From NCBI GenBank assembly GCA_040830565.1, contig JBFOMC010000068.1, positions 610-64,609 on the forward strand: a stretch of 64,000 bases of DNA, written 5' to 3'. Within the stretch, counting starts at the first letter, position 1, and each line of letters starts with the position of its first letter. The notes under the pieces were generated by a model that did no database searches, was not told where the DNA came from, and was given only the letters and a program-made list of their open reading frames with translations. The translations under genes were made by a program, and so were the position numbers. The stretch comes from Flavobacteriaceae bacterium. Lineage in GTDB: Bacteria; Bacteroidota; Bacteroidia; Flavobacteriales; Flavobacteriaceae. Shown here in pieces: positions 27,490 to 36,579 of this stretch.

Positions 27490-28788
27490 ATGACGGGTCT
27501 GATCATATTGATAATCTGCATTTTACTGTTGATCGTAGGGATTACCGTATTTAAGGTGCACCCAATCCCAGCACTGCTTCTTACCGGTTTGATCCTAGGG
27601 CTTGCAACAGGAAGTTCGGTAGAGGGAGTAACTGAAAGCCTCCTTAATGGCTTTGGAAGTACGCTTAAGTGGATTGGCCTTGTTATTCTTTTCGGAACCT
27701 TACTTGGCGAGATTCTCGCGGTGACAGGAGGAGCCGATGTTATTGCGGATAGTATCATAAAGCTTTTTGGGGTGAAATACCTCCCTTTAAGTATGGCCGT
27801 AATTGGTTTTCTCGTAGGAATACCGGTGTTTGTAGATGTAGCTTACCTCACTTTGTTGCCTACCGTTCTGGCCTTATCCCGAAAATCAGGACATTCCGTA
27901 CTGGTCTTAGGTTTGTCGTTGGCCATGAGCTTAACGGTGGCTCATGCTCTAATCCCCCCAACCCCCGGACCCCTGGCCGTTGCTGCTATTCTTGAAATTG
28001 ATGTTGGAAAAATGATACCTGTGAATGTAGCGGTAGCCATTACAGCCATATGCGGAGGGCTGCTATGGATCAAGATAAACTCAAAGGCATTTTCAAAAGT
28101 TTTGGAGCCCATAAATCAACCAGAACAAGAGGTAAAGAAGATATTGAAAGGATATAAAAGAATACTACCTTTTGTGGCATTATTAAGTCCATTAATTTTA
28201 ATGTCCTTAGGAAACCTTTATCCGGGTACGACTAACCCTCTGATCAACTTTGTCAAAAACCCTGTGTGGGCATTAATGGTAGGAGTGATCTTTGCTCTAC
28301 CACTAATTGATAGCAAGGGTTTTTCCGGAAAATTGAATGACTTTTTTCAAACAGCCGGGGCAAAATCTGCCATAGTGATTCTTATCACAGGTACCGGGGG
28401 AGCCTTTGGGCAGGTAATAAAGGATACGGAAATAGTGAATGCCCTACTGCCCGAGACCAGCGGTATTTCTGCCATGGGAATAATACTGCCTTTTCTACTT
28501 AGTTTACTTTTTACCTCAGTAACAGGGTCTATTACAGTTTCATTACTTACTACTGCTTCTATTGTAGCTCCAATGATCTCTAATGGCGTTTTACACCCGG
28601 AACTTACCGCTGCCGCTATAGGAGCTGGGTCTCTTGGAATTATTCACGTCAATAGCAGTTTCTTCTGGCTATTTAAAGAAGTACATGAATTGCCTGTCTC
28701 GAAACTCCTGAGATCTTTTAGCCTTCTTTCTGTCATTGTGGCTTTGTCTGGTGGGCTGATGGCCATACTCCTTTATTTTGTGATGTAA
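27490..28788 (+). CDS. GntP-family (gluconate/sugar-acid:H+) permease
   Basis: 432 aa polytopic membrane protein. The N-terminal pattern (ILIICILLLIVGITVFKVHPIPALLLTGLILGLATG) and overall length fit GntP-type anion permeases. Confidence 0.75.
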   Translation: MTGLIILIICILLLIVGITVFKVHPIPALLLTGLILGLATGSSVEGVTESLLNGFGSTLKWIGLVILFGTLLGEILAVTGGADVIADSIIKLFGVKYLPLSMAVIGFLVGIPVFVDVAYLTLLPTVLALSRKSGHSVLVLGLSLAMSLTVAHALIPPTPGPLAVAAILEIDVGKMIPVNVAVAITAICGGLLWIKINSKAFSKVLEPINQPEQEVKKILKGYKRILPFVALLSPLILMSLGNLYPGTTNPLINFVKNPVWALMVGVIFALPLIDSKGFSGKLNDFFQTAGAKSAIVILITGTGGAFGQVIKDTEIVNALLPETSGISAMGIILPFLLSLLFTSVTGSITVSLLTTASIVAPMISNGVLHPELTAAAIGAGSLGIIHVNSSFFWLFKEVHELPVSKLLRSFSLLSVIVALSGGLMAILLYFVM

Positions 28789-29193
28789 TTGAATTTTGAT
28801 AGTAGACAAAATTTCCAAAAACTACATTTTTGCTACCGTATTGATCATTTATTCAATCGGTTAGCCTGGTTCAAAGTTAAAATAGTGTTAGTGTTGGTTA
28901 ACCTCTTGCTGCCTCTCGGTCAGAATACCACCTAATTTTAGACTTGAAGATAATAAGGTGCCCTTAAAAGGTAAATTATTGGGAAAATCATTTGTTGTAG
29001 AGTTGAAAACATATGTTTCTGTCTAAGAAATAATATATAAGCACTTTTACAACATATGATTTGAATCTAAATAATGACAGAACTACTACCAGGACAAATG
29101 AAGAACAAATTCAAGGAGACGAAATTTTTTATTATGCCCGCAAAAAACAATAAAAGGCATGATAATAATAAGCACCCGATGTTTTTCTTGGCT

Positions 29194-29213
29194 TGTCTAG
29201 TTCATGTCTAGTT
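29194..29213 (+). promoter_or_regulatory. tandem direct repeat TGTCTAGTT-CA-TGTCTAGTT upstream of susC (candidate operator)
   Basis: A perfect 9-mer repeated with 11-bp periodicity, ~170 bp upstream of the susC start. TGTCTAGTTG also occurs at 41633..41642, upstream of the GH117 operon. Confidence 0.2.
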
Positions 29214-29380
29214 GCTTTTAACATAAAGGATTACAGCTATATGTATATTTCAAACGATTTAGATTAACCGAGCACTAATTTATGGTAATTCCATTTGTTC
29301 AGTAGAACGTTAGGTTGAATTCTCAAGACAAATGGTAGGATCTAATTAAAATTAATTCTGACTATCACAACTTAAACCAA

Positions 29381-32300
29381 ATGATTATGAAAAAACACTT
29401 TGTGAGGCTACTAAGAGAAAAAATTCTTGTAGTGCTGTTTCTTGTGTTTGCGGGTATGCAATTTAGTTACGCCCAGCAAACTATTACGGGAACTGTTTCT
29501 GATGATCAAGGTCCGATTGGCGGGGCTAACATCCTTGTTCAGGGTACCACAACAGGTACTCAATCAGATTTTGACGGAAATTTCAGTATCCAGGCTTCCC
29601 CGGAGGACGTGTTGGTGATTTCCTATATTGGTTACGCCACACAGAATATTACCGTAGGCAACCAAACCACGATCAACGTAATTCTGCAAACAGACCAGCA
29701 GCAATTAGATGAGGTAATTGTGATCGGTTACGGAACGGTCAACAAGAAAGACGTTACCGGGGCGGTTTCGCGAGTGACTGCCGAATCTTATGAAAATCAG
29801 CCTGTTACCAGAGTTGATGAAGCTCTGCAAGGTAGAGCTGCTGGGGTTTCTGTAGCGAAGGCCAACGGAGCTCCCGGAGCAGGGATTAAAATACGAATTA
29901 GAGGTGTCAATTCCATTACCGGTAATAATGACCCATTAATAGTAATTGACGGGGTATTAGGAGGGGATCTGAGCACTCTCAACCCAAATGATATTGCCTC
30001 CATGGACGTTTTGAAGGATGCTTCTGCAACAGCCATTTATGGAGTAAGGGGTTCAAATGGGGTAATTCTCGTAACCACCAAAAGAGGTTCTGGAAAAGGA
30101 AAAATAAATATTGATTTTTTCACAACAGTATCACAGGTGCCAGAGCTCTTGCCAACTTTAGCGACCAACGTGGGTGAGTTTGCGAGAATAGAAAATTTAA
30201 GAAAATTAAGTATAGGTCAAAATCCCACCTTTACCGATGGTGAAATAGCGGATTTAGTTGCTAGCGGCGGCACGCATTATCAAGATGAGGTGTTGCGAAC
30301 AGGTTTTAGCCAAAACTTACAAGTTTCGGCAAGTGGCTCGGACCAGGAAGGGAAACTAAGGTACTTTATATCTGGTAACTACAGAGATGAAGAAGGGATA
30401 GTTATTAATAACGACTATCAGCAATTGTCGGTTCGATCTAATTTGGAAGCTCAAATTAGCGACAAGTTCAAGATAGGGCTCAATATATTTGGTATCAGGG
30501 CAGAAACAAAAAACAATTTTGAACGCTTTGGTAGCGGGCAAGGGAGTTTGATAGCAAAGGCTCTAACCTGGGATCCAACAACTCCTATCTTTGATGCGAA
30601 CGGGAATTATAATAGACGCTCTATAAAAGGTATTGCTTCCTTGAACCTAAATCCCGTTTTAACCCTAACCGAAACGGATGTTGCTGATATTAATGAGCAG
30701 TTAAGCGGTACCTTGAATGCTAGTTATCAAATTACCGATAATTTAAGCTACACCCTGGTTGCCGGTACCCAGGTATACAACTTTAATGTTGAAAGGTATA
30801 CAGTTGAAAATAGCAATGATACCCCTGCAGCTAATTTTAGCACCAATAAATTTACTTCCTTTCAGATCAGTAATATTTTTACCTGGCAGAATGTATTCAA
30901 AGACATCCATAATATCAAATTAACAGGGGTTCAGGAGTATCAAAACCTTAAAAATCGATTTAATAGCTATAATGCGGATAATCTTTTATTACCCAATGGA
31001 TTTTATTTTGCAGAAACAGGTGCCGGTTTTTCCATAGGTAATAACTTTAATGAAAGAGAGTTGTCCTCCTTTATGTTAAGGGCAGAATACATTCTCGACG
31101 ATAATCTGTCAGTTACAGCCACAGGACGTTATGATGCTTCATCAGTGTTTCGTCCTGGAAATAAATGGGGTTTCTTTCCGTCTATTGCAGCGGGATACAG
31201 CCTCATTCAACCTACTGAAAGCGACGGATTTATTAGTAGTTTAAAACTTCGGGCAGGTTGGGGTCAGGTAGGTAATCAGGCGGTTGATACCTATGGTACC
31301 TTTGCCAATTTGGGCAACAACGCTTATGCCTATGGGGGCGGGGCCCCGGATCCGGGTACGTTTATTACCAGTTTTGCCAATGAAGGCCTTACGTGGGAGA
31401 CTACAACCCAAACCAACGTAGGTGTAGATGTCGGATTTAATGAAGGTAGGGGTACTTTTAGCCTTGATGGGTATAAAAAGCTAACCTCGGATTTACTTCT
31501 GGAAGTACCGGTATCAGGAACCAATGGTGGCGGAACCGTTTTCCAAAATGTCGGAGAAGTTGAAAACTTCGGTATTGATATTGCCATAGGCTACGATATC
31601 ATCCAGACCGAAGACTTGACATGGAATGCCAATTTTGCAGGGTCTTATGTCAAAAATGAAGTGACTCAGTTATTTGGAGGCCTGGAACAAATTGAAGGTC
31701 TGGTTAGCGTTCCTGGAGGTCAGGCCAGAAGAGCTAACCTGATTGAATTAGGAGAGCCATTGGGGCAGTTTAATGGAGCCACATTCTTAGGAACCTGGAA
31801 AAGCTCAGAAGCAGCAGAGGCCGCAAATTTTGGTAGAGTTCCCGGAGATGCTAAATATTTAAGGGATGCTGACGGCGAGATTGTTTTTGGCGCTATTGGT
31901 AACGGAACGCCTACTACCACTTGGGGCTTTAACAATACCATTTCCTACAAAAACTTTGATCTGAATATTTTCTTAAACGGGGCACACGGCTTTGATATAT
32001 ATAACTTGGTTCAGGCGCAGATTACAGGTGGAGCAGGTGATTCACGAAGTTTTTTGGCAGCAGATCAGGTAAATCAATGGACACCATCCAACGAAACTGA
32101 TATTCCGGCCACGGTTCAATTTTTCAATTCTTCTAGATATGTTGAAAAAGGAGATTTTATTAGGTTAAGTAACTTAACTTTAGGGTATACTTTTGAGAAC
32201 TTATCCTGGTTGGGAGATGCTAACGTTAAAATCTATGGCGGAGGTCAGAATTTATTTCTTATCACCGACTACAGTGGTTACGATCCGGAATTATCCTCCA

Positions 32301-32401
32301 GAAGGACAAATCAGGGGAATGCAGACGTAGCACCCGGTATAAATGTGGGAGCATATCCTAACCCGAGAACATATACACTGGGATTAAAAGTAGGTTTCTA
32401 A
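29381..32401 (+). CDS. susC: SusC/RagA-family TonB-dependent outer-membrane transporter
   Basis: 1006 aa. Signal peptide, carboxypeptidase-regulatory-like domain (ITGTVSDDQGPIGGANILVQGTTTGTQSDFDGNFSI), DEVIVIGYG TonB-box region, plug, long beta-barrel ending in an aromatic residue (GLKVGF). Confidence 0.95.
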   Translation: MIMKKHFVRLLREKILVVLFLVFAGMQFSYAQQTITGTVSDDQGPIGGANILVQGTTTGTQSDFDGNFSIQASPEDVLVISYIGYATQNITVGNQTTINVILQTDQQQLDEVIVIGYGTVNKKDVTGAVSRVTAESYENQPVTRVDEALQGRAAGVSVAKANGAPGAGIKIRIRGVNSITGNNDPLIVIDGVLGGDLSTLNPNDIASMDVLKDASATAIYGVRGSNGVILVTTKRGSGKGKINIDFFTTVSQVPELLPTLATNVGEFARIENLRKLSIGQNPTFTDGEIADLVASGGTHYQDEVLRTGFSQNLQVSASGSDQEGKLRYFISGNYRDEEGIVINNDYQQLSVRSNLEAQISDKFKIGLNIFGIRAETKNNFERFGSGQGSLIAKALTWDPTTPIFDANGNYNRRSIKGIASLNLNPVLTLTETDVADINEQLSGTLNASYQITDNLSYTLVAGTQVYNFNVERYTVENSNDTPAANFSTNKFTSFQISNIFTWQNVFKDIHNIKLTGVQEYQNLKNRFNSYNADNLLLPNGFYFAETGAGFSIGNNFNERELSSFMLRAEYILDDNLSVTATGRYDASSVFRPGNKWGFFPSIAAGYSLIQPTESDGFISSLKLRAGWGQVGNQAVDTYGTFANLGNNAYAYGGGAPDPGTFITSFANEGLTWETTTQTNVGVDVGFNEGRGTFSLDGYKKLTSDLLLEVPVSGTNGGGTVFQNVGEVENFGIDIAIGYDIIQTEDLTWNANFAGSYVKNEVTQLFGGLEQIEGLVSVPGGQARRANLIELGEPLGQFNGATFLGTWKSSEAAEAANFGRVPGDAKYLRDADGEIVFGAIGNGTPTTTWGFNNTISYKNFDLNIFLNGAHGFDIYNLVQAQITGGAGDSRSFLAADQVNQWTPSNETDIPATVQFFNSSRYVEKGDFIRLSNLTLGYTFENLSWLGDANVKIYGGGQNLFLITDYSGYDPELSSRRTNQGNADVAPGINVGAYPNPRTYTLGLKVGF

Positions 32402-32405
32402 AAAA

Positions 32406-34049
32406 ATGCTAATAGAAAAAAATAGAAAAAACATGAAAACAATGAAAATTTATAAATCATTTAGGGGTTTCTTGGGAGCATTTGCCCTTGTGGCTTTAGC
32501 ATTGGGCTTCAACAGCTGTGAGCAGTTTGATCTCGATGAAGACCCTGCAGCTTCGCAGTTGCAAGTTGTCACCTACAGTTCCATGCCACAGCTGGAATTG
32601 GGAGTAACGGGTATCTATGGTAAATTAAACAAGGCGGCCTGGATGTCTACTTTTTATGTAAATGGTTGGTCTGGCGACGACATTACTACACACGTGGCAA
32701 GTAACAAAGCCGATTTTAGGGAATACGATCAGCGTTTCATCACACCGGAAAACTCGAGAACGCTTACTAACTGGAGAGGGGTGTATGAGATGATCCGGGC
32801 AGCAAACACCGTTTTGCAAAGTGTGGAAGGAGTAACGCTCTCAGATCCTGATCCTAACAAACAGGAAAGACTGATAGGTGAAACATATTTTCTTAGGGCC
32901 ATAATGTTCAATCATTTAATGCGTATTCACGGTAGAATTCCTTTAGTGTTAGAAGTAGATCCGTTTCAGCAGCCACCACTGGCTAGCCAATTAGAGGTTT
33001 TTGAACAGATAGAAAGTGATCTCCTGGCAGCAGAATCAAGATTACCCGAAGCCAGCGCGTTTGTCGGATCAACAACTCCGAGTAGGGGTACAGCCAGAGC
33101 TTTTTTAGCCAGGTTGTACATGGATTGGGCTGGCTTCCCACTTAAGGATACAGGGAAATATGCTCAGGCTGCGGCAATGGCAAAATCAGTTATGGACAAT
33201 GCAGCCGCCCATGGATTTGGTTTGGAACCAGATTTGGCCAAACTATGGTCCCTGGCCGGAAGATTCACTCAGGAAGGTGTATTTACCATCGCATATAGCA
33301 ACGCTGCAGGAAACCTTACCAATCGTAAGATGGGTAAATTGGGATTACCTTCTGACCCTGGTCTGAATGGCTGGCAAGAGACTTTTGCAGAAATCCGATT
33401 TTTTGAAGATATGCCCGATGGAGTTCGAAAAGATGCTACCTACTATTCAGAATTGCCAGTAGCGGACAATGGGGCAATTGATGTAAATAATCCTACCAGA
33501 ATGCTTCGTTGGGAAGAGTTTTTGGATCAGCAAAATCCGATTTTAAGAAAAATAGTCGGGGATTTAGCTGATGGAGATTGGGCACAGTTCCAAACCCTGA
33601 GAAGTGATCTGTTTATGAGATATGCCGAGGTATTGCTGATTTATGCAGAAGCTTCAGGGGAGGCGGGTACTGCCGGAGCCGATGCATGGGAAGCCTTAAA
33701 TATGGTCCATAGAAGAGCCGAAGGACTTGACATAAATACTCCCGCTCCAAGCGATTTGTCGGCTGCCGATGGAACTATACAGGATTTGGCTTTCACGGAA
33801 AGAAAATGGGAATTTGCAGGAGAATTTATCCGGTGGAACGATCTAGTGCGTAAAGAAATGGTGGAGCAAGCACTAGGGAACAGAGATCCACAAGTTTCTA
33901 TTGGTACAGAATATGACGAAAATGGCGTAGGTACTCCAATACCACTTACAAGCGCCAAAAATCCAATTTTGGGATCTTTGGGCACAGACAACTATTTTGC
34001 ACCAATACCACAACAGGAAATAGAACAAAATCCAAATTTGGCAAATTAA
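32406..34049 (+). CDS. susD: SusD/RagB-family outer-membrane glycan-binding lipoprotein
   Basis: 547 aa ORF. The likely start is Met at 32433 (MKTMKIYK..., lipobox LGFNSC). Begins 4 nt after the susC stop. RAEYLFMRYAEVLLIYAEA-type block (FMRYAEVLLIYAEASGE). Confidence 0.9.
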   Translation: MLIEKNRKNMKTMKIYKSFRGFLGAFALVALALGFNSCEQFDLDEDPAASQLQVVTYSSMPQLELGVTGIYGKLNKAAWMSTFYVNGWSGDDITTHVASNKADFREYDQRFITPENSRTLTNWRGVYEMIRAANTVLQSVEGVTLSDPDPNKQERLIGETYFLRAIMFNHLMRIHGRIPLVLEVDPFQQPPLASQLEVFEQIESDLLAAESRLPEASAFVGSTTPSRGTARAFLARLYMDWAGFPLKDTGKYAQAAAMAKSVMDNAAAHGFGLEPDLAKLWSLAGRFTQEGVFTIAYSNAAGNLTNRKMGKLGLPSDPGLNGWQETFAEIRFFEDMPDGVRKDATYYSELPVADNGAIDVNNPTRMLRWEEFLDQQNPILRKIVGDLADGDWAQFQTLRSDLFMRYAEVLLIYAEASGEAGTAGADAWEALNMVHRRAEGLDINTPAPSDLSAADGTIQDLAFTERKWEFAGEFIRWNDLVRKEMVEQALGNRDPQVSIGTEYDENGVGTPIPLTSAKNPILGSLGTDNYFAPIPQQEIEQNPNLAN

Positions 34050-34084
34050 GATTTAGTAGTTTTTTTGAGTTAGTTTAGTTCTTG

Positions 34085-34125
34085 CAACGGTAAGATTTGT
34101 ATCAGATCTTACCGTTGTTGTTTTT
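34085..34125 (+). terminator. rho-independent terminator after susD
   Basis: 12-bp perfect stem CAACGGTAAGAT / ATCTTACCGTTG (34085..34096 pairs with 34106..34117), 9-nt loop, followed by TTGTTTTT. Confidence 0.7.
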
Positions 34126-34239
34126 AAGAACTTCGCCTTAAAAGATACCTTTAAATTTGGAACGAGAATCAACAAGCCGTTGAGCCATCTTCACCCATAA
34201 ACTACGTACCTTTATGAATCACAAGATGACAAATTTTGA

Positions 34240-35712
34240 ATGCTAGATCTGGGAAACTACTATAAAAGGGTTGCTTTTCTTCTTTTTTCAGGAGGAAGCT
34301 TCTTGTTATTTTCACTAAGCTGCACATCAAAAAACAAACATGCGGAAGGAGAAAAGTTGGCGAAAATTCATTGCGCCTCATGCCATATGTTTCCTGATGC
34401 ATCTACACTTCCAAGAAGAACCTGGGGAGAAAAGGTATTACCCAATATGGGTTTAAAAATGGGCATGGCTCATGGACCAATATATACCTATGGTAATCCG
34501 GATTCAATCAGTAATCTTAGTCCGTCAATGCCCCAGGAGGAATGGGATAAAATAGTTTATTATTATCTAAATAGATCTGAAAATACGACCCCTGGATACC
34601 TCATTGAAGAGCCCAAATTTGATACGCTTTTTGAACCGAATGTTTTTTTGCTCGATTCTTTACCCTTGCTTACCATGACCACGTATGATGAGGAAAAAGG
34701 GAAATTGTTTTTGGGGAATGCAACTAATTCGACTTTGATGGCACTGACTCCTGATGGTGAACTCATCAATTCACAGAAACTAGATAGCCCACCGGTGAAA
34801 ATGATCACTAAAGATTCCTTAGATTATTTATTGACCATCGGCAATCTAAACCCTTCGGATGAAGCGAAGGGCAAACTCCAAATAGGTGATAATGTCATCG
34901 AAGACTTAATTAGACCGGTAGATTTCTTAATTCGTGATGTGGATTCAGACGGATATGATGATATATTCATTTGTAATTATGGACATAACTTGGGGGATTT
35001 TTCATGGTATAGGAATTTAAAGGATGGGCGCTATGAAAAACGGATCATCCATCCCCTATCAGGTGCAATTAAGGTGGAAATAGCAAATATGGATGAAGAT
35101 GAAGAAGATGAGATAGTGGTTTTATTTGCCCAGGAACACGAGAAAATGGTAATCTGGGATTTGGTGGACAACACGTTTGTCAGCACAGAGGTTGTTCAAT
35201 TTCAACCGGCATTTGGAGCCGTAGATTTTCAGTTAGCAGATATGAATGGGGATGATTTAACAGATATCATTATTGGGAACGGGGATAATTCTGATTTGTC
35301 CACGGTACTTAAAAATTATCATGGTGTTCGGGTGCTGATCAATAAGGGTGAGAAGGAGTTCTCAGAAGACTTCTTTTTGCCGATCCATGGAGTCAGTAAA
35401 ATTGTTGTAGAGGATTTTGATTTGGATCAGGATCCTGACATTTTAGCAATATCAAACTTCGGGGAGTTTTCGAATCCAAAGTTCAAAAGTGTTCAATTGA
35501 TCCTGAATCAGGGAAACCTAAATTTTGAGGGGAAGCATATTAAGGACCTTCCGGATTTCAGATGGCAGACTATAGATGTCTCGGACTATGATATGGATGG
35601 GGATTTTGATGTATTCTTAGGCTCCTTCAATTTAAATGTCGGGCCCGAAGCATCTGACACTTCAGATAAACAACCCGTTTCATGGGTGAAGTTGGAGAAC
35701 AAGAGTCACTGA
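34240..35712 (+). CDS. FG-GAP/VCBS-repeat lipoprotein with an N-terminal CxxCH (c-type heme-binding-like) motif
   Basis: 490 aa. Lipobox LFSLSC. HCASCHMFP at 34372..34386. Repeated Ca-binding-type D-x-D-x-DG blocks (DVDSDGYDDIFICNYG, LADMNGDDLTDIIIGNGD, VEDFDLDQDPDILAISNFG, VSDYDMDGDFDVFLGSF). Confidence 0.75.
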   Translation: MLDLGNYYKRVAFLLFSGGSFLLFSLSCTSKNKHAEGEKLAKIHCASCHMFPDASTLPRRTWGEKVLPNMGLKMGMAHGPIYTYGNPDSISNLSPSMPQEEWDKIVYYYLNRSENTTPGYLIEEPKFDTLFEPNVFLLDSLPLLTMTTYDEEKGKLFLGNATNSTLMALTPDGELINSQKLDSPPVKMITKDSLDYLLTIGNLNPSDEAKGKLQIGDNVIEDLIRPVDFLIRDVDSDGYDDIFICNYGHNLGDFSWYRNLKDGRYEKRIIHPLSGAIKVEIANMDEDEEDEIVVLFAQEHEKMVIWDLVDNTFVSTEVVQFQPAFGAVDFQLADMNGDDLTDIIIGNGDNSDLSTVLKNYHGVRVLINKGEKEFSEDFFLPIHGVSKIVVEDFDLDQDPDILAISNFGEFSNPKFKSVQLILNQGNLNFEGKHIKDLPDFRWQTIDVSDYDMDGDFDVFLGSFNLNVGPEASDTSDKQPVSWVKLENKSH

Positions 35713-35716
35713 TTTG

Positions 35717-36307
35717 TTAATAGCGCTTCTCATCACTTCTATCCGGGACACTTACAATACTGGGTTTTTTCATGAGTTCAATAATGTCTGTTAACTCCCG
35801 GTCACTAAGCTCTGTCACCCCTTTCCTGTAATAAAAATTTGCCAACTCATTTATTCCATGAATGTATAGATCAAATTTGTAATTCTCCAGCACCCAATTC
35901 AAACACTCCCTTTGCGTTGTTTCCTCTTCTAATTTCCAGGCCAAGGAATAGGCTTTGCGATTAGAAATTTTTGTGCTGTCAGAATCTTTTCGGCTAATTT
36001 CAGAGATCATGGCAGCTAGCAGACTTGGACTTTTTGTAAAATCGCCAGAAAACAGGCCACTTCCAATTTGACGATTTAAGTTATAAGATAAAATGTTGGG
36101 ATGTTCCTGTTCATATAATTGATAGAATTTATCAGGTAACTCTTTTGCAAACTTTACCTTGGTAACTAATTCTGTTAGCTCTTTTTCGCTTACAAAGTTT
36201 TCAGTGGAATTTCTTAGATAAAAGTAGGTCAAAAAAGTACCCGTTATTCCAATAATTAGGATCCAAATTGTAATTTTTATGATCCTTTTTTTTACTGTCA
36301 TTATCAA
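35717..36307 (-). CDS. small membrane-anchored protein, weakly peptidoglycan-transglycosylase (GT51)-like and apparently degenerate
   Basis: 196 aa. N-terminal TM helix (IIKITIWILIIGITGTFLTYFY). The C-terminal half resembles the distal part of GT51 domains (RKAYSLAWKLEEETTQRECLNWVLENY ... GINELANFYYRKGVTELSDRELTDIIELMKKPS). I cannot find the catalytic E-D ... GGSTITQQ blocks. Confidence 0.4.
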   Translation of the reverse strand: MIMTVKKRIIKITIWILIIGITGTFLTYFYLRNSTENFVSEKELTELVTKVKFAKELPDKFYQLYEQEHPNILSYNLNRQIGSGLFSGDFTKSPSLLAAMISEISRKDSDSTKISNRKAYSLAWKLEEETTQRECLNWVLENYKFDLYIHGINELANFYYRKGVTELSDRELTDIIELMKKPSIVSVPDRSDEKRY

Positions 36308-36579
36308 GTGGATGAAATATTGAGAAATTGTATTTTTTGTCGATAACTAAGCTAACTATTTTCTTTCTTGCATCAAATAATCCGAAGCCATTTTTTAGCA
36401 AAGAAACTTAATGAATATGGCCTTTACTGCCACTTTATAACCCACTGAGGCCCTGCAATTATTTCAAATAACCATTAAGTGTAAAATCCGCTGTAATTTT
36501 CATGAAAAGTAGGGCATAAAATTTAGAATACCGCCCAAATACTTCGTAAATTAGAGTATTAAAATCCATTCGATTTCAA

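Noticed and set aside
28789-29380. A 590-bp non-coding AT-rich gap before susC, examined for a small gene, tRNA or riboswitch. It includes a 25-codon ORF starting at ATGCCCGCAAAA.
   Set aside because: I found no cloverleaf-like or conserved riboswitch-like structure. The mini-ORF has no supporting features. I kept only the tandem 9-mer as a candidate operator.
36201-36401. 66-aa minus-strand ORF overlapping the 5' end of the 196-aa membrane protein gene.
   Set aside because: It is an alternative frame overlapping a longer ORF that has a clear TM helix. There is no independent evidence for it.
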